Source: an uncultured Candidatus Binatia bacterium
GTDB lineage: Bacteria > Desulfobacterota > Binatia > UBA9968 > JAJDTQ01
Reading direction: 5' to 3'
Assembly: GCA_964291295.2 (NCBI GenBank)
Contig: OZ219754.1
Location: 3,456,001-3,520,000, forward strand
DNA length: 64,000 bases
Below, one piece after another: positions 52,801 to 64,000 of the stretch. Position 1 is the first letter of the stretch; every line of letters starts with the position of its first letter. Below the pieces are notes generated by a model, which had not been told where the DNA came from, did not search any database, and was given only the letters and a program-made list of their open reading frames with translations. A program made the position numbers and the translations under genes.

Positions 52801-55800
52801 CGGTATCCGGGGCGCATGCGCCCCGGCCTCATTGAAGTGCCAGCTCATGTTCCGGATTCTGCACGCTTGCTTGGTATCCGGGGCGCATGCGCCCCGGCCT
52901 CATTGAAGTACCGGGAACGATTGCGTCAAGAATGGCCTTGACGCGGTATCCGGGGCGCATGCGCCCCGGCCTCATTGAAGTCACGGACGGTCAAGGACGG
53001 AGTTCACGTTGGCCGCGAGGTATCCGGGGCGCATGCGCCCCGGCCTCATTGAAGTCACTGTTCGAGGGTCAAGCGTGAGCGTCCAGAAGATGGTATCCGG
53101 GGCGCATGCGCCCCGGCCTCATTGAAGTCTGCTACGACGCTCATGTCAAATCAGGCCTGATCGCTGTATCCGGGGCGCATGCGCCCCGGCCTCATTGAAG
53201 TTCCAAGCTAAGGGCTACTTTCGCGCCCTTCTCCCTGCGGTATCCGGGGCGCATGCGCCCCGGCCTCATTGAAGTAACCAAGACCTCGCAATGGCTACCC
53301 AAGCGGGCTGCTTGGTATCCGGGGCGCATGCGCCCCGGCCTCATTGAAGTGCGGCGGTAGCCGGGCCACGAACTATTGGCGGTGGCTGGTATCCGGGGCG
53401 CATGCGCCCCGGCCTCATTGAAGTTCGCCATCAACCCCAAGGATGACCACCCCTGTGGGGTATCCGGGGCGCATGCGCCCCGGCCTCATTGAAGTCCATG
53501 ACGGCATAGGCCACAACTGCCATCGCCAAGGCGGTATCCGGGGCGCATGCGCCCCGGCCTCATTGAAGTGGGATAATCCCGGCAGGCCAGAAATGGCGCA
53601 CCGGGTGGTATCCGGGGCGCATGCGCCCCGGCCTCATTGAAGTGGGATAATCCCGGCAGGCCAGAAATGGCGCACCGGGTGGTATCCGGGGCGCATGCGC
53701 CCCGGCCTCATTGAAGTGGCTCTCTCGGGAAGAGCGGGCGGCGCCAGAGCCGTCGTATCCGGGGCGCATGCGCCCCGGCCTCATTGAAGTACCTTAATAA
53801 CCAATATCGCAATGCGCCTACTCATACGTATCCGGGGCGCATGCGCCCCGGCCTCATTGAAGTAACGGCAGGGGAAATCCCTCGATTTCCCACTGCCCGG
53901 TATCCGGGGCGCATGCGCCCCGGCCTCATTGAAGTCTCCACCAACTCCTGTGCGACCGCCGGGGGAATGTCGATCGAGGTATCCGGGGCGCATGCGCCCC
54001 GGCCTCATTGAAGTGCGGCGTTGCCCAGAAGGTTCCCGTCGTTCGAGACGGGTATCCGGGGCGCATGCGCCCCGGCCTCATTGAAGTCACCCGCTCTATC
54101 GTGTAGGACGCTACCGGTTCGCCGTATCCGGGGCGCATGCGCCCCGGCCTCATTGAAGTTCCCGCCGCAGTTGGTTGAGCGCGGCGGCCTCGGCACTGTT
54201 GTATCCGGGGCGCATGCGCCCCGGCCTCATTGAAGTGGTTACCCGCACGGTCGACTATCGTGATCTTCCCCGTCGTATCCGGGGCGCATGCGCCCCGGCC
54301 TCATTGAAGTTTGTCCCCGGCAAAAAACGCTTCATCCGCGAACAAGTATCCGGGGCGCATGCGCCCCGGCCTCATTGAAGTGTCGTATCGACAAGCCGGA
54401 TGACCTTGAGATTGTCCGGTATCCGGGGCGCATGCGCCCCGGCCTCATTGAAGTATCATGATGCAAGCAACGAGAACTCGCCGGTGACAGGTATCCGGGG
54501 CGCATGCGCCCCGGCCTCATTGAAGTGTCGATCTGGAGGAGCGGCGCGCCGAGGGTTGGGAGTATCCGGGGCGCATGCGCCCCGGCCTCATTGAAGTCGG
54601 GGCGTAAGGTGGGCGTCAATGGAAGGTGAGGGAGGTATCCGGGGCGCATGCGCCCCGGCCTCATTGAAGTATCGCCAGTCGCCATTCGAGCATTTTGATC
54701 TTGGCGAGTATCCGGGGCGCATGCGCCCCGGCCTCATTGAAGTTGCGCGGGCGCGAGTTCATCATGAAGGACGCCTACAGGTATCCGGGGCGCATGCGCC
54801 CCGGCCTCATTGAAGTTTCGAAATCGTGCTGCTCGTGGGCCAGCGGCTGCCCTGTATCCGGGGCGCATGCGCCCCGGCCTCATTGAAGTGCTTGTACATC
54901 CAGCGCAGGCAGATGACTGCGGTGGGGTATCCGGGGCGCATGCGCCCCGGCCTCATTGAAGTCCGGCGGCCGCCGTGAATGGCTAGTGTCGCGGCATGGT
55001 ATCCGGGGCGCATGCGCCCCGGCCTCATTGAAGTGTACGGCGGCGGAAGAGCACGTGCAGGTGATGACGTGTATCCGGGGCGCATGCGCCCCGGCCTCAT
55101 TGAAGTTGAGGTTGTCCACAGTGGACCCCGGCCTGCTGCCCGTTGTATCCGGGGCGCATGCGCCCCGGCCTCATTGAAGTCCCTCAACGAGCACATCGTT
55201 GTCTGGGCTGGCGACGTATCCGGGGCGCATGCGCCCCGGCCTCATTGAAGTGACCTGGAAAGGGATGGCGCATGAACGTCGAGAATCTGATACGGAGTAT
55301 CCGGGGCGCATGCGCCCCGGCCTCATTGAAGTGAGGGGACGCCAGGGTTCGAGTCCCTGCGATACCGGTATCCGGGGCGCATGCGCCCCGGCCTCATTGA
55401 AGTCTGGTCCCGGTCCCGGAACCATCTTGCAGGCGCCTTGTATCCGGGGCGCATGCGCCCCGGCCTCATTGAAGTTTCGACAAGACTGCAGCGCGTATCC
55501 GCAGCCAGACGATGTATCCGGGGCGCATGCGCCCCGGCCTCATTGAAGTGAGTCCGACCGGTCTGACCGGCAACCAACGCTGCGAAGTATCCGGGGCGCA
55601 TGCGCCCCGGCCTCATTGAAGTCCGCAGTTGCCGGATGTCGATTCGCTCTCGGCTGCTGTATCCGGGGCGCATGCGCCCCGGCCTCATTGAAGTGTCTTG
55701 TCAACGATACCGGTAGCATCGTTGACGAGCCGGTATCCGGGGCGCATGCGCCCCGGCCTCATTGAAGTTAGATATCCGAGTACCACTGGATGTGAGGCGG

Positions 55801-58800
55801 CGAGTATCCGGGGCGCATGCGCCCCGGCCTCATTGAAGTCGGCTCAATTGCCGCCGCACGGCGGATGGCCCGACGAGTATCCGGGGCGCATGCGCCCCGG
55901 CCTCATTGAAGTCTGCTGACTGGAGGACGGACCCTGGACTCGGGCGCCGGGGTATCCGGGGCGCATGCGCCCCGGCCTCATTGAAGTTTCGTAGACATGG
56001 AGGATTTTGACCAGCTCCCACAAGTATCCGGGGCGCATGCGCCCCGGCCTCATTGAAGTTACTACGACAAGGGGCTGAACAGATGAGTCTTCAAAGGTAT
56101 CCGGGGCGCATGCGCCCCGGCCTCATTGAAGTCTCAGACTCTCACCGGCACCGGCAATCCCCTCCGTGGTATCCGGGGCGCATGCGCCCCGGCCTCATTG
56201 AAGTCGGAACTCGGAGTAGATCGCCAGTACGTTGCTCATGGGGTATCCGGGGCGCATGCGCCCCGGCCTCATTGAAGTGATATCCTCCCACCCACCGCCG
56301 CCCTCGAACCCGGCGTATCCGGGGCGCATGCGCCCCGGCCTCATTGAAGTCCTTCTACTTGTCTCTCTCCTTCTCTTCCTTCTTACTGTATCCGGGGCGC
56401 ATGCGCCCCGGCCTCATTGAAGTGGTCTGGCCAGGGGTCACGCAGGTGATCAAGGACGGCAGGGTATCCGGGGCGCATGCGCCCCGGCCTCATTGAAGTT
56501 TGCGCCCCGCCAGGACGAACCGAACCTCTGCGCTTAGGTATCCGGGGCGCATGCGCCCCGGCCTCATTGAAGTCAGCTCCTCTTTTTCACGCCGCGTCAT
56601 GTCGTCCTCGTATCCGGGGCGCATGCGCCCCGGCCTCATTGAAGTCCCGACTGGGCAGTGAGCGGTTGCCGCCCAAGCTCGCGCAGTATCCGGGGCGCAT
56701 GCGCCCCGGCCTCATTGAAGTGCCATTATGGCGTACATCACCAGGGCCATGCCAACCAGTATCCGGGGCGCATGCGCCCCGGCCTCATTGAAGTTATCGA
56801 TATCTCGCCATGTCGTCCTCCTAGTGGTGGGTATCCGGGGCGCATGCGCCCCGGCCTCATTGAAGTATGAGAAGATGCTACTCATTGAGAGCTACTCCTC
56901 GGCTGTATCCGGGGCGCATGCGCCCCGGCCTCATTGAAGTATAGCGACTGAAGTGCACTTGGTCTCTATTAACCCCGTATCCGGGGCGCATGCGCCCCGG
57001 CCTCATTGAAGTATCGCACTGCTCCTTTCCCCCGGCCCCGAAGGGCCGTATCCGGGGCGCATGCGCCCCGGCCTCATTGAAGTTGCAAATTATCGTCGAT
57101 GGTGGCACGGCGGCGGCGGGGTATCCGGGGCGCATGCGCCCCGGCCTCATTGAAGTCAGGACCATCTCGTCTGCGTCCTCTTCCCGGCCGGCGTATCCGG
57201 GGCGCATGCGCCCCGGCCTCATTGAAGTTCCCTCGTTCAACGATTCCCCTTCTTGCTCTCCATGCCGGGGTATCCGGGGCGCATGCGCCCCGGCCTCATT
57301 GAAGTGATAGCCGGCCGTCGCAGCAGGCGGCAAATGCGAATAGGTATCCGGGGCGCATGCGCCCCGGCCTCATTGAAGTATCGATTCTATCCATTCTATC
57401 GATCTCCTTATGCGCCCGGGTATCCGGGGCGCATGCGCCCCGGCCTCATTGAAGTTCACTGAGAATGCGCTCCGAGCGCCGCTTCTCGCGGCTGTATCCG
57501 GGGCGCATGCGCCCCGGCCTCATTGAAGTGGGTCGATAAGCTGGACGAGGTAACCGATGTGGTTGGTATCCGGGGCGCATGCGCCCCGGCCTCATTGAAG
57601 TCTGCCGCGCCCGGCCCCACCATGCCGCGCCATGCCTAGTATCCGGGGCGCATGCGCCCCGGCCTCATTGAAGTCGTTGCCGGGTACGCCATCTACGCCG
57701 TGGATGGCGAGGTATCCGGGGCGCATGCGCCCCGGCCTCATTGAAGTGTTTTTGTCGTGAAGGCACCGATGATGAACGTGACAGTATCCGGGGCGCATGC
57801 GCCCCGGCCTCATTGAAGTCGGCTGAACGAAGGCGTGAGCGACACGGTGACGCAGTATCCGGGGCGCATGCGCCCCGGCCTCATTGAAGTCTGTTGCGCA
57901 TGATCGTCTTCTCCCGGCCCTGGACGGTATCCGGGGCGCATGCGCCCCGGCCTCATTGAAGTGAGCAACATCGCGTCGGATACGTACGAACTGGCGTCGT
58001 ATCCGGGGCGCATGCGCCCCGGCCTCATTGAAGTCAGGAGTCGAAGGAGTCGAAGGAGTCGAGGGCTGAGTATCCGGGGCGCATGCGCCCCGGCCTCATT
58101 GAAGTAGGATAGTCTCAGGTCCGATCTCACGGAGCAGATTGGCGAAGTATCCGGGGCGCATGCGCCCCGGCCTCATTGAAGTCGCGAACCTCTGCCGATA
58201 AACCCCGAACAATGCCAGTATCCGGGGCGCATGCGCCCCGGCCTCATTGAAGTTGGAGCACGGGGGGCGGATGGTGAAGGACATGCCGGGAGTATCCGGG
58301 GCGCATGCGCCCCGGCCTCATTGAAGTAGCCGGGGGATGGACTCGAGCATACTGAACAACGACGTGGTATCCGGGGCGCATGCGCCCCGGCCTCATTGAA
58401 GTCCGGACAAGCCGGTCAGGCGGGCCAACGCCGCTTTGGTATCCGGGGCGCATGCGCCCCGGCCTCATTGAAGTTGCATTGTGCCTGGCGGATCTACCTC
58501 ATGGATGTGAAGTATCCGGGGCGCATGCGCCCCGGCCTCATTGAAGTGCGACTCTCCCGAGGAGTACACGCTGGATGATGCGGGCGTATCCGGGGCGCAT
58601 GCGCCCCGGCCTCATTGAAGTACTGTCTGTAGATGATCGAGGAAGGCCGCCGACACCGGGTATCCGGGGCGCATGCGCCCCGGCCTCATTGAAGTGCTTT
58701 ATGAGCTTGCCGTCCATCTGGTTCCACCCGGTGTATCCGGGGCGCATGCGCCCCGGCCTCATTGAAGTCGGATAGGTTCGCTACGCCGCCTGTCCCGGTC

Positions 58801-60532
58801 GTCTGAGGTATCCGGGGCGCATGCGCCCCGGCCTCATTGAAGTCGGATACCGCTAACGACTACTTCCATGGTTGCTACTCCTGTATCCGGGGCGCATGCG
58901 CCCCGGCCTCATTGAAGTATGCAGCAAGCAGCATCGGCCGCAGATTCTGCGGCGTATCCGGGGCGCATGCGCCCCGGCCTCATTGAAGTGGCCAGCGAAG
59001 GGCGCAACAGCACGCCGGGGCGATGTTGGTATCCGGGGCGCATGCGCCCCGGCCTCATTGAAGTGACCTTACCGCCAGCGGCATGAACCGGGACCGCGCA
59101 GTATCCGGGGCGCATGCGCCCCGGCCTCATTGAAGTGGCCCCTCCCACCCCACCGGGCGGAGCGCGCCGTCTAGTATCCGGGGCGCATGCGCCCCGGCCT
59201 CATTGAAGTAACGCCCATTTGCGGGACCTGGTGTTGTTGTTCGCCGATGTATCCGGGGCGCATGCGCCCCGGCCTCATTGAAGTTCTTTTTCACGCCTCG
59301 TCATTTTGTCCCCCTTTGGTTAGTATCCGGGGCGCATGCGCCCCGGCCTCATTGAAGTCATCAGATATTGATGATGCAGCATGTTCCCGGCGCAAAGTAT
59401 CCGGGGCGCATGCGCCCCGGCCTCATTGAAGTCCATCCACGAATGGGACGGTCTATCGTGTCACACATAGTATCCGGGGCGCATGCGCCCCGGCCTCATT
59501 GAAGTGACCATCAAGGAGTTGCGCAAAAAACCGGTATCGACCGGCAGTATCCGGGGCGCATGCGCCCCGGCCTCATTGAAGTCGTTCCACCCCGGGCGGT
59601 GCCAAAACCAACATGCCGTGTATCCGGGGCGCATGCGCCCCGGCCTCATTGAAGTTTCCCGGCGATTGCCGCGATTTGAAGCCTGCTCCGGAGTATCCGG
59701 GGCGCATGCGCCCCGGCCTCATTGAAGTCGGCGGGACTCGCGGGACGGTTCCCCCGAAGGGCCGGTATCCGGGGCGCATGCGCCCCGGCCTCATTGAAGT
59801 TCTACCGCGTAGACGGCGTACCCGCCCACGCTGGCCGGTATCCGGGGCGCATGCGCCCCGGCCTCATTGAAGTAACAAGGCGGCCTCGTCAGCCGGCCCT
59901 TGCTGCACAGTATCCGGGGCGCATGCGCCCCGGCCTCATTGAAGTTAGCCAAGGCCTCGAACAAGTCGAGGCCCGCCCGGTCGGTATCCGGGGCGCATGC
60001 GCCCCGGCCTCATTGAAGTTGCGTTGGATGGCGGAGCACAAGGACCGGCTGCGGGAGTATCCGGGGCGCATGCGCCCCGGCCTCATTGAAGTATCAAGAA
60101 ATTCCCGGAGATCGGACGTCTGACCTCCGCGTATCCGGGGCGCATGCGCCCCGGCCTCATTGAAGTCTGGACCCGGACGGGACGTTTCCACCGGCACGAT
60201 CCCGGTATCCGGGGCGCATGCGCCCCGGCCTCATTGAAGTGTCCCGTCCCGCTTCACGAGCCGACAATTGCCCTGGTGTATCCGGGGCGCATGCGCCCCG
60301 GCCTCATTGAAGTGGGCGGTCCGGTGGTCCGGGAAATCGCCAAAATCGGCCGTATCCGGGGCGCATGCGCCCCGGCCTCATTGAAGTCGGGCACACAGTA
60401 GAGGGTTCCGCCATCTTCGGCCAGTATCCGGGGCGCATGCGCCCCGGCCTCATTGAAGTGTGTGCTGGAGGTTGTAGGTGACCACTACTCGGTGGTGTAT
60501 CCGGGGCGCATGCGCCCCGGCCTCATTGAAGT
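49877..60532 (+). CRISPR. CRISPR array, about 146 identical 36-bp repeats GTATCCGGGGCGCATGCGCCCCGGCCTCATTGAAGT with 35-45 bp spacers
   Basis: Manual count; perfect 20-bp palindromic core; ATTGAAG 3' end and leader position support + orientation. Confidence 0.99.
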
Positions 60533-60539
60533 ACCCCTT

Positions 60540-62617
60540 TAGCCCAAGTTTACCACCCTCCAGAAGATCTCATTACATATCATACAGTTACGATGACCAG
60601 AAGTGGCGAGTGGCACTACAGGTGGGTGTTTGAGGGTTGGTTACACGAGGGTTTTGCGGGTTCCTCCGGGAGCGGGATCAATGCCCAAGGCTTTGTAGAT
60701 GGCCTGCTGGGTTGGTTCGGCGCGGGTCGCCTTGCGCACGTGCAAGGTGCGCCCGTCAGCACGGCGGAAGGTGGTGGTGACGCGGTGTTGTCCCTGGAGG
60801 ACGCGGCGTAGCGTGGTCCAACTGGCGTGCTCGTCCGCTTGACGCAAGCGGGTACGGATGACCTGGACGAGTTGGTAGGCGAGCACGGTGATGAACAGAT
60901 GGCCTTCGGAGCGGCGTGGTTTGTGGTGGTAGACGGGTCGCAGGCCGAGTTCGGATTTGAGGGAGCGGAAGACGGCTTCGATGTCGGTGAGCCTGACGTA
61001 GGTACGCCACAGGGCTTCTTCCTTCCAGTGGGTTTCGCTGCTGCGCAGGCAGTAGACGCCGGGATGGGTCATCAGGGAGCCGGGGAGAGGGCGGCGGGTG
61101 AAGCGCACGGCGGTGGCGCGTTGACCGGACTCATCGGTGTCGAGTGAGATGTCGTAGTGCTGGGCGATGCCGCGGGTGCTCTCCTTGAGCCGCCCGATAC
61201 GTTGCCAGACCTGCTCCACACGTTTTTGGGTGTGGGGTCGGGAGAGACCTTCGGAGAGCTTGTTCAGGGCGTTCTCGAAGCGCCGGGCGAAGCGCTCGAC
61301 GATGCCGCGTTCCTTGGCGGCCCGTTGTTCGGAGAAGCAGTACAGGCGCACCTCCCGACCGTCTGGGGACAGGGCCTTGTGCAATTGTATGCCATGCTTG
61401 GAAGCGGTCTTGATGCGCTGTGCCGCCTGAGGGACGAAGTGCCGGTTGCGTTCACGGCTGACCACCAGGTAGCGGTAGCCCTGCTCACGCAGCCACTGCA
61501 GGCGCTCTTCGGTAGCGAGGCCCCGGTCCATCACCACCAGGGCGGAATGCGGGGCCTTGAGCGCATCCAGCATCCGGGCCAGAGTGTGGTGCTCGCGCAC
61601 GTTGCCGGCAAAGACCTGGGAGCGGCGCACGAAGCCGCTGGAGTCGAGCACGAGCCCCAGGGTGAGCAGCGGGCAATCGGTGCGCTTGTCCTTGGAGTGG
61701 CCGCGCAGGGCCTTCGGTTGGAGGGGTGCCGCGCCCTCGAAGTAGGTGTTGGTCAGATCGTAGAGCGTCACGGTGGGTTCGATCTCGAACAGGTCCATGG
61801 CCCGATCGAACAGATGCTTTTCGATGACGTCGCGGTGAGCCATCAGGGCATCGGAGGCGCGATACAGCCGCATGGGTCCCATGGTGGCGAACTCCATTCC
61901 GAGCAGTTCACCCAAGGCGCTGCGTTCGCCGAGCCAGCGTCGGGTGGCACGCTCGGAGCCCGGTTGCGCCATACGCGCGATGATCGAGCCGATGGCGGTC
62001 GCGCGCATCGAGGCGCCGAGACCGAGTTGTTCGAGCAGGGTGCGCAGGCCGAGTTGGTCCATGGCCCACAATCCCACGTGCTCGACGCCCACCGAGCGTG
62101 GTCGAACCAACTCCAGGGAGTCGACATCCACGCTCTGGAGGTCGCCCCCTTGGCTTGGGGTCGCGGTGCCGACGCGCTCCCGGGCGAGGAGTTGGGCGGT
62201 GATGCGCTGGGCGTGGGTTTCGAGTGCCGGGGGACAGCCCGGAGACAGGGGGAGTTGACCGGCAAGCATCTCCTCAATGCGCCGGCACAGCACGGGCCAC
62301 TCCTGTGGAGCCACATCGAAGTGCCGCCCGAGATTGAGCAGGGTGCGTTGACGCACCTTTGAACCGTCGCGTTCGGAGCGCACCAGGCGGTGGGTGACGT
62401 AAGGTTCGCTGCGGCTGCGAGTACGGGTGCGACGGATGAACATGAGAGGGTGGCAGCATGGTGCGCCACCCCCAGCAATACTCAGTATGCACTCTATGGC
62501 ACTACATTGGCTTACCCGACAACCTGTCCACGATATATCAATGACTTGCGTGCCAATTTCGGCAAAATCACCCCTGATTCCTGCCCAAACCGGACTCCAG
62601 GTGGTAAAGTTGGGCTA
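60540..62617 (-). mobile_element. IS1634 family insertion sequence
   Basis: Terminal inverted repeats TAGCCCAAGTTTACCACC / GGTGGTAAAGTTGGGCTA (1 mismatch) flank the transposase. Confidence 0.88.
60641..62443 (-). CDS. IS1634 family DDE transposase
   Basis: MFIRRTRTR, YDLTNTYFEG, GHSKDKRTD, VMDRG, IEAVFRSLKSELGLRPVYH. Confidence 0.93.
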   Translation of the reverse strand: MFIRRTRTRSRSEPYVTHRLVRSERDGSKVRQRTLLNLGRHFDVAPQEWPVLCRRIEEMLAGQLPLSPGCPPALETHAQRITAQLLARERVGTATPSQGGDLQSVDVDSLELVRPRSVGVEHVGLWAMDQLGLRTLLEQLGLGASMRATAIGSIIARMAQPGSERATRRWLGERSALGELLGMEFATMGPMRLYRASDALMAHRDVIEKHLFDRAMDLFEIEPTVTLYDLTNTYFEGAAPLQPKALRGHSKDKRTDCPLLTLGLVLDSSGFVRRSQVFAGNVREHHTLARMLDALKAPHSALVVMDRGLATEERLQWLREQGYRYLVVSRERNRHFVPQAAQRIKTASKHGIQLHKALSPDGREVRLYCFSEQRAAKERGIVERFARRFENALNKLSEGLSRPHTQKRVEQVWQRIGRLKESTRGIAQHYDISLDTDESGQRATAVRFTRRPLPGSLMTHPGVYCLRSSETHWKEEALWRTYVRLTDIEAVFRSLKSELGLRPVYHHKPRRSEGHLFITVLAYQLVQVIRTRLRQADEHASWTTLRRVLQGQHRVTTTFRRADGRTLHVRKATRAEPTQQAIYKALGIDPAPGGTRKTLV

Positions 62618-62680
62618 GGGCTACCCATGCCCCACAAGTGATGCTGGACATTTGATTCGGGCGGTGCTACGGTGCGGGCC

Positions 62681-64000
62681 ATGGATGTTCAGCACCAGAT
62701 CCGGCACCAGCTTGCCCAGCCTGGGTCGGTGCATCATATCACCGAGCTTCTGGATGCGGGGGGCCTTCCGCATCGCACGGCGCTTGCCGAACGTCTGTGT
62801 GCTGATTTCGGTTTCCGCGACGGCCGGGGGCAGCCTCAGGTCGCCACCTGCCTGTGCGCCCTGCGGGCTCTGGAGCGGGCCGGGCAGATCCGGCTTCCGG
62901 CCCGGCGAACGCCCGGTGGGAGTTGTGTCCGGCGGCGCCGGTCGTCGCCGGTGGCGCCGGCACGGGGGGTTCCGGCGGAGGTTGGTGAGGTTCGGGGTCT
63001 GGCGCTGGTTGCGGTTGTGGATCCGGCACAGCGGGAGATCTGGCAGGGACTGATGGAGCACGAGCATCCGCAGGGGGCCGGGCCGCTGGTGGGGCGGCAG
63101 ATGCGGTATTTGCTGGGGTCGGAACACGGCTGGCTGGGGGCCATGGGGGTGGCGGCATCGGCCCTGCAGCTTGCGGTGCGGGACCGCTGGATCGGCTGGG
63201 ACGCGGCGACGCGGCGGCAGCATCTGCACCGGGTGGTGGGTTTGTCCCGGTTCCTGATCCGACCGGAAGTGCGCTGCCGCAACTTGGCGTCGCATGTGCT
63301 GGGACAGCTTCTGCGCCGCTTCGGGGCGGATTTTGCCGCGCGCTATGGTTTCGCGCCATGGCTCATGGAGACCTTCGTGTCGCCGCCCCATGGTGGGGCC
63401 AGCCTGCGGGCCGGCAACTGGCGGTGGCTGGGCGAGACTGCAGGCCGGGGTCGGCAGGACGGTGGCCACGCTGTGGCGGTGGGGGGCAAGGCGGTCTATA
63501 TCCATGAACTGGTGGGTGACTGGCGCACCCGCCTGGGTGTCTCACCGCCCCCGGCGGACACCCTCAGGCTGGACCCGGCGGAGGGTCTTGACGGGCCGTC
63601 CTGGGCCGGGGCGGAGTTGGGCGGCGCGGCGTTCGGCGATGCCCGTCTGAGCGCCCGTCTGGTGGCGATTGCGCAGTTGAAGGGAGCACGATCGATGGGG
63701 TCCTTTCCGCAGGCCGCGAGCGGCAACCGGGCCGAGATCAAGGGGTACTACCGGTTCATCGACCAGCCCGACAGGACCGCGGTGACGCCGGCGGCCATCC
63801 TGGAGCCGCACCGTGCCCGCACGCGGGAGCGCATGCGGGCCGAGCCGGTGGTGCTGTGCATCCAGGACGGCACGGACCTGAACTTTGCATCGCGTCCGGG
63901 CTGCGAGGGGCTCGGGGTCATCGGTGTCAACCAGACCGGCGCCGTTTCACGGGGCCTGCATCTGCATTCGACACTGGCGGTGACCCCGAGCGGCCTGCCG
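62681..64000 (+). mobile_element. IS4 family (Tn5/IS50-like) transposase with N-terminal DUF4338-like domain, runs off the window
   Basis: Open frame from ATG 62681 (absent from ORF track): GRQMRYLLGS, RFLIRP..NLASHVL, ETFV; AELGGAAFGDARLSARL, GYYRF, CIQDGTDLNF, GLHLHSTLAV; probable left end CTACCCATGCCCCACAAG at 62621. Confidence 0.88.

Noticed and set aside
49913-60496. Spacers self-targeting the DGR island or IS elements in this window
   Set aside because: No match spotted by eye; not exhaustive, needs BLASTn
49877-60532. Dozens of ORFs such as MRPGRMRPGY and GIRGACAPASLK
   Set aside because: They are translations of the CRISPR repeat, not genes
62681-63560. Druantia anti-phage system
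   Set aside because: The DUF4338-like domain is fused to an IS4 transposase and no other dru genes are visible

Overview
GC-rich bacterial chromosome segment. The gene order ispE-spoVG-tRNAGln-prs-rplY-pth-(hppA)-rpsF-rpsR-DUF2232-rplI and ccsA-hemA-hemC-hemD-hemB looks Deltaproteobacteria/Binatia-like; this is inference only. There are two accessory regions. (1) A decayed integrated island at ~4620-13800 holds an apparently complete diversity-generating retroelement on the minus strand: target gene (signal peptide-Sel1-peptidoglycan-binding-ankyrin-FGE/CLec), GNA-loop hairpin, avd, RT, TR. By manual alignment, 15 of 17 TR/VR mismatches fall on TR adenines. The target is the third of three tightly coupled secreted-protein genes, the RT has no obvious start of its own, and the TR overlaps the RT 3' end. 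(2) A type I-G-like cas4/cas1 + cas2 module has no adjacent interference genes and precedes an array of ~146 repeats that is cut by IS1634 and IS4 elements. Many spacers form related families antisense to Shine-Dalgarno/ATG regions or contain hairpins. The core region also encodes a PolB with dead polymerase motifs but intact exonuclease motifs. All counts and alignments were done by eye; no database searches were run.
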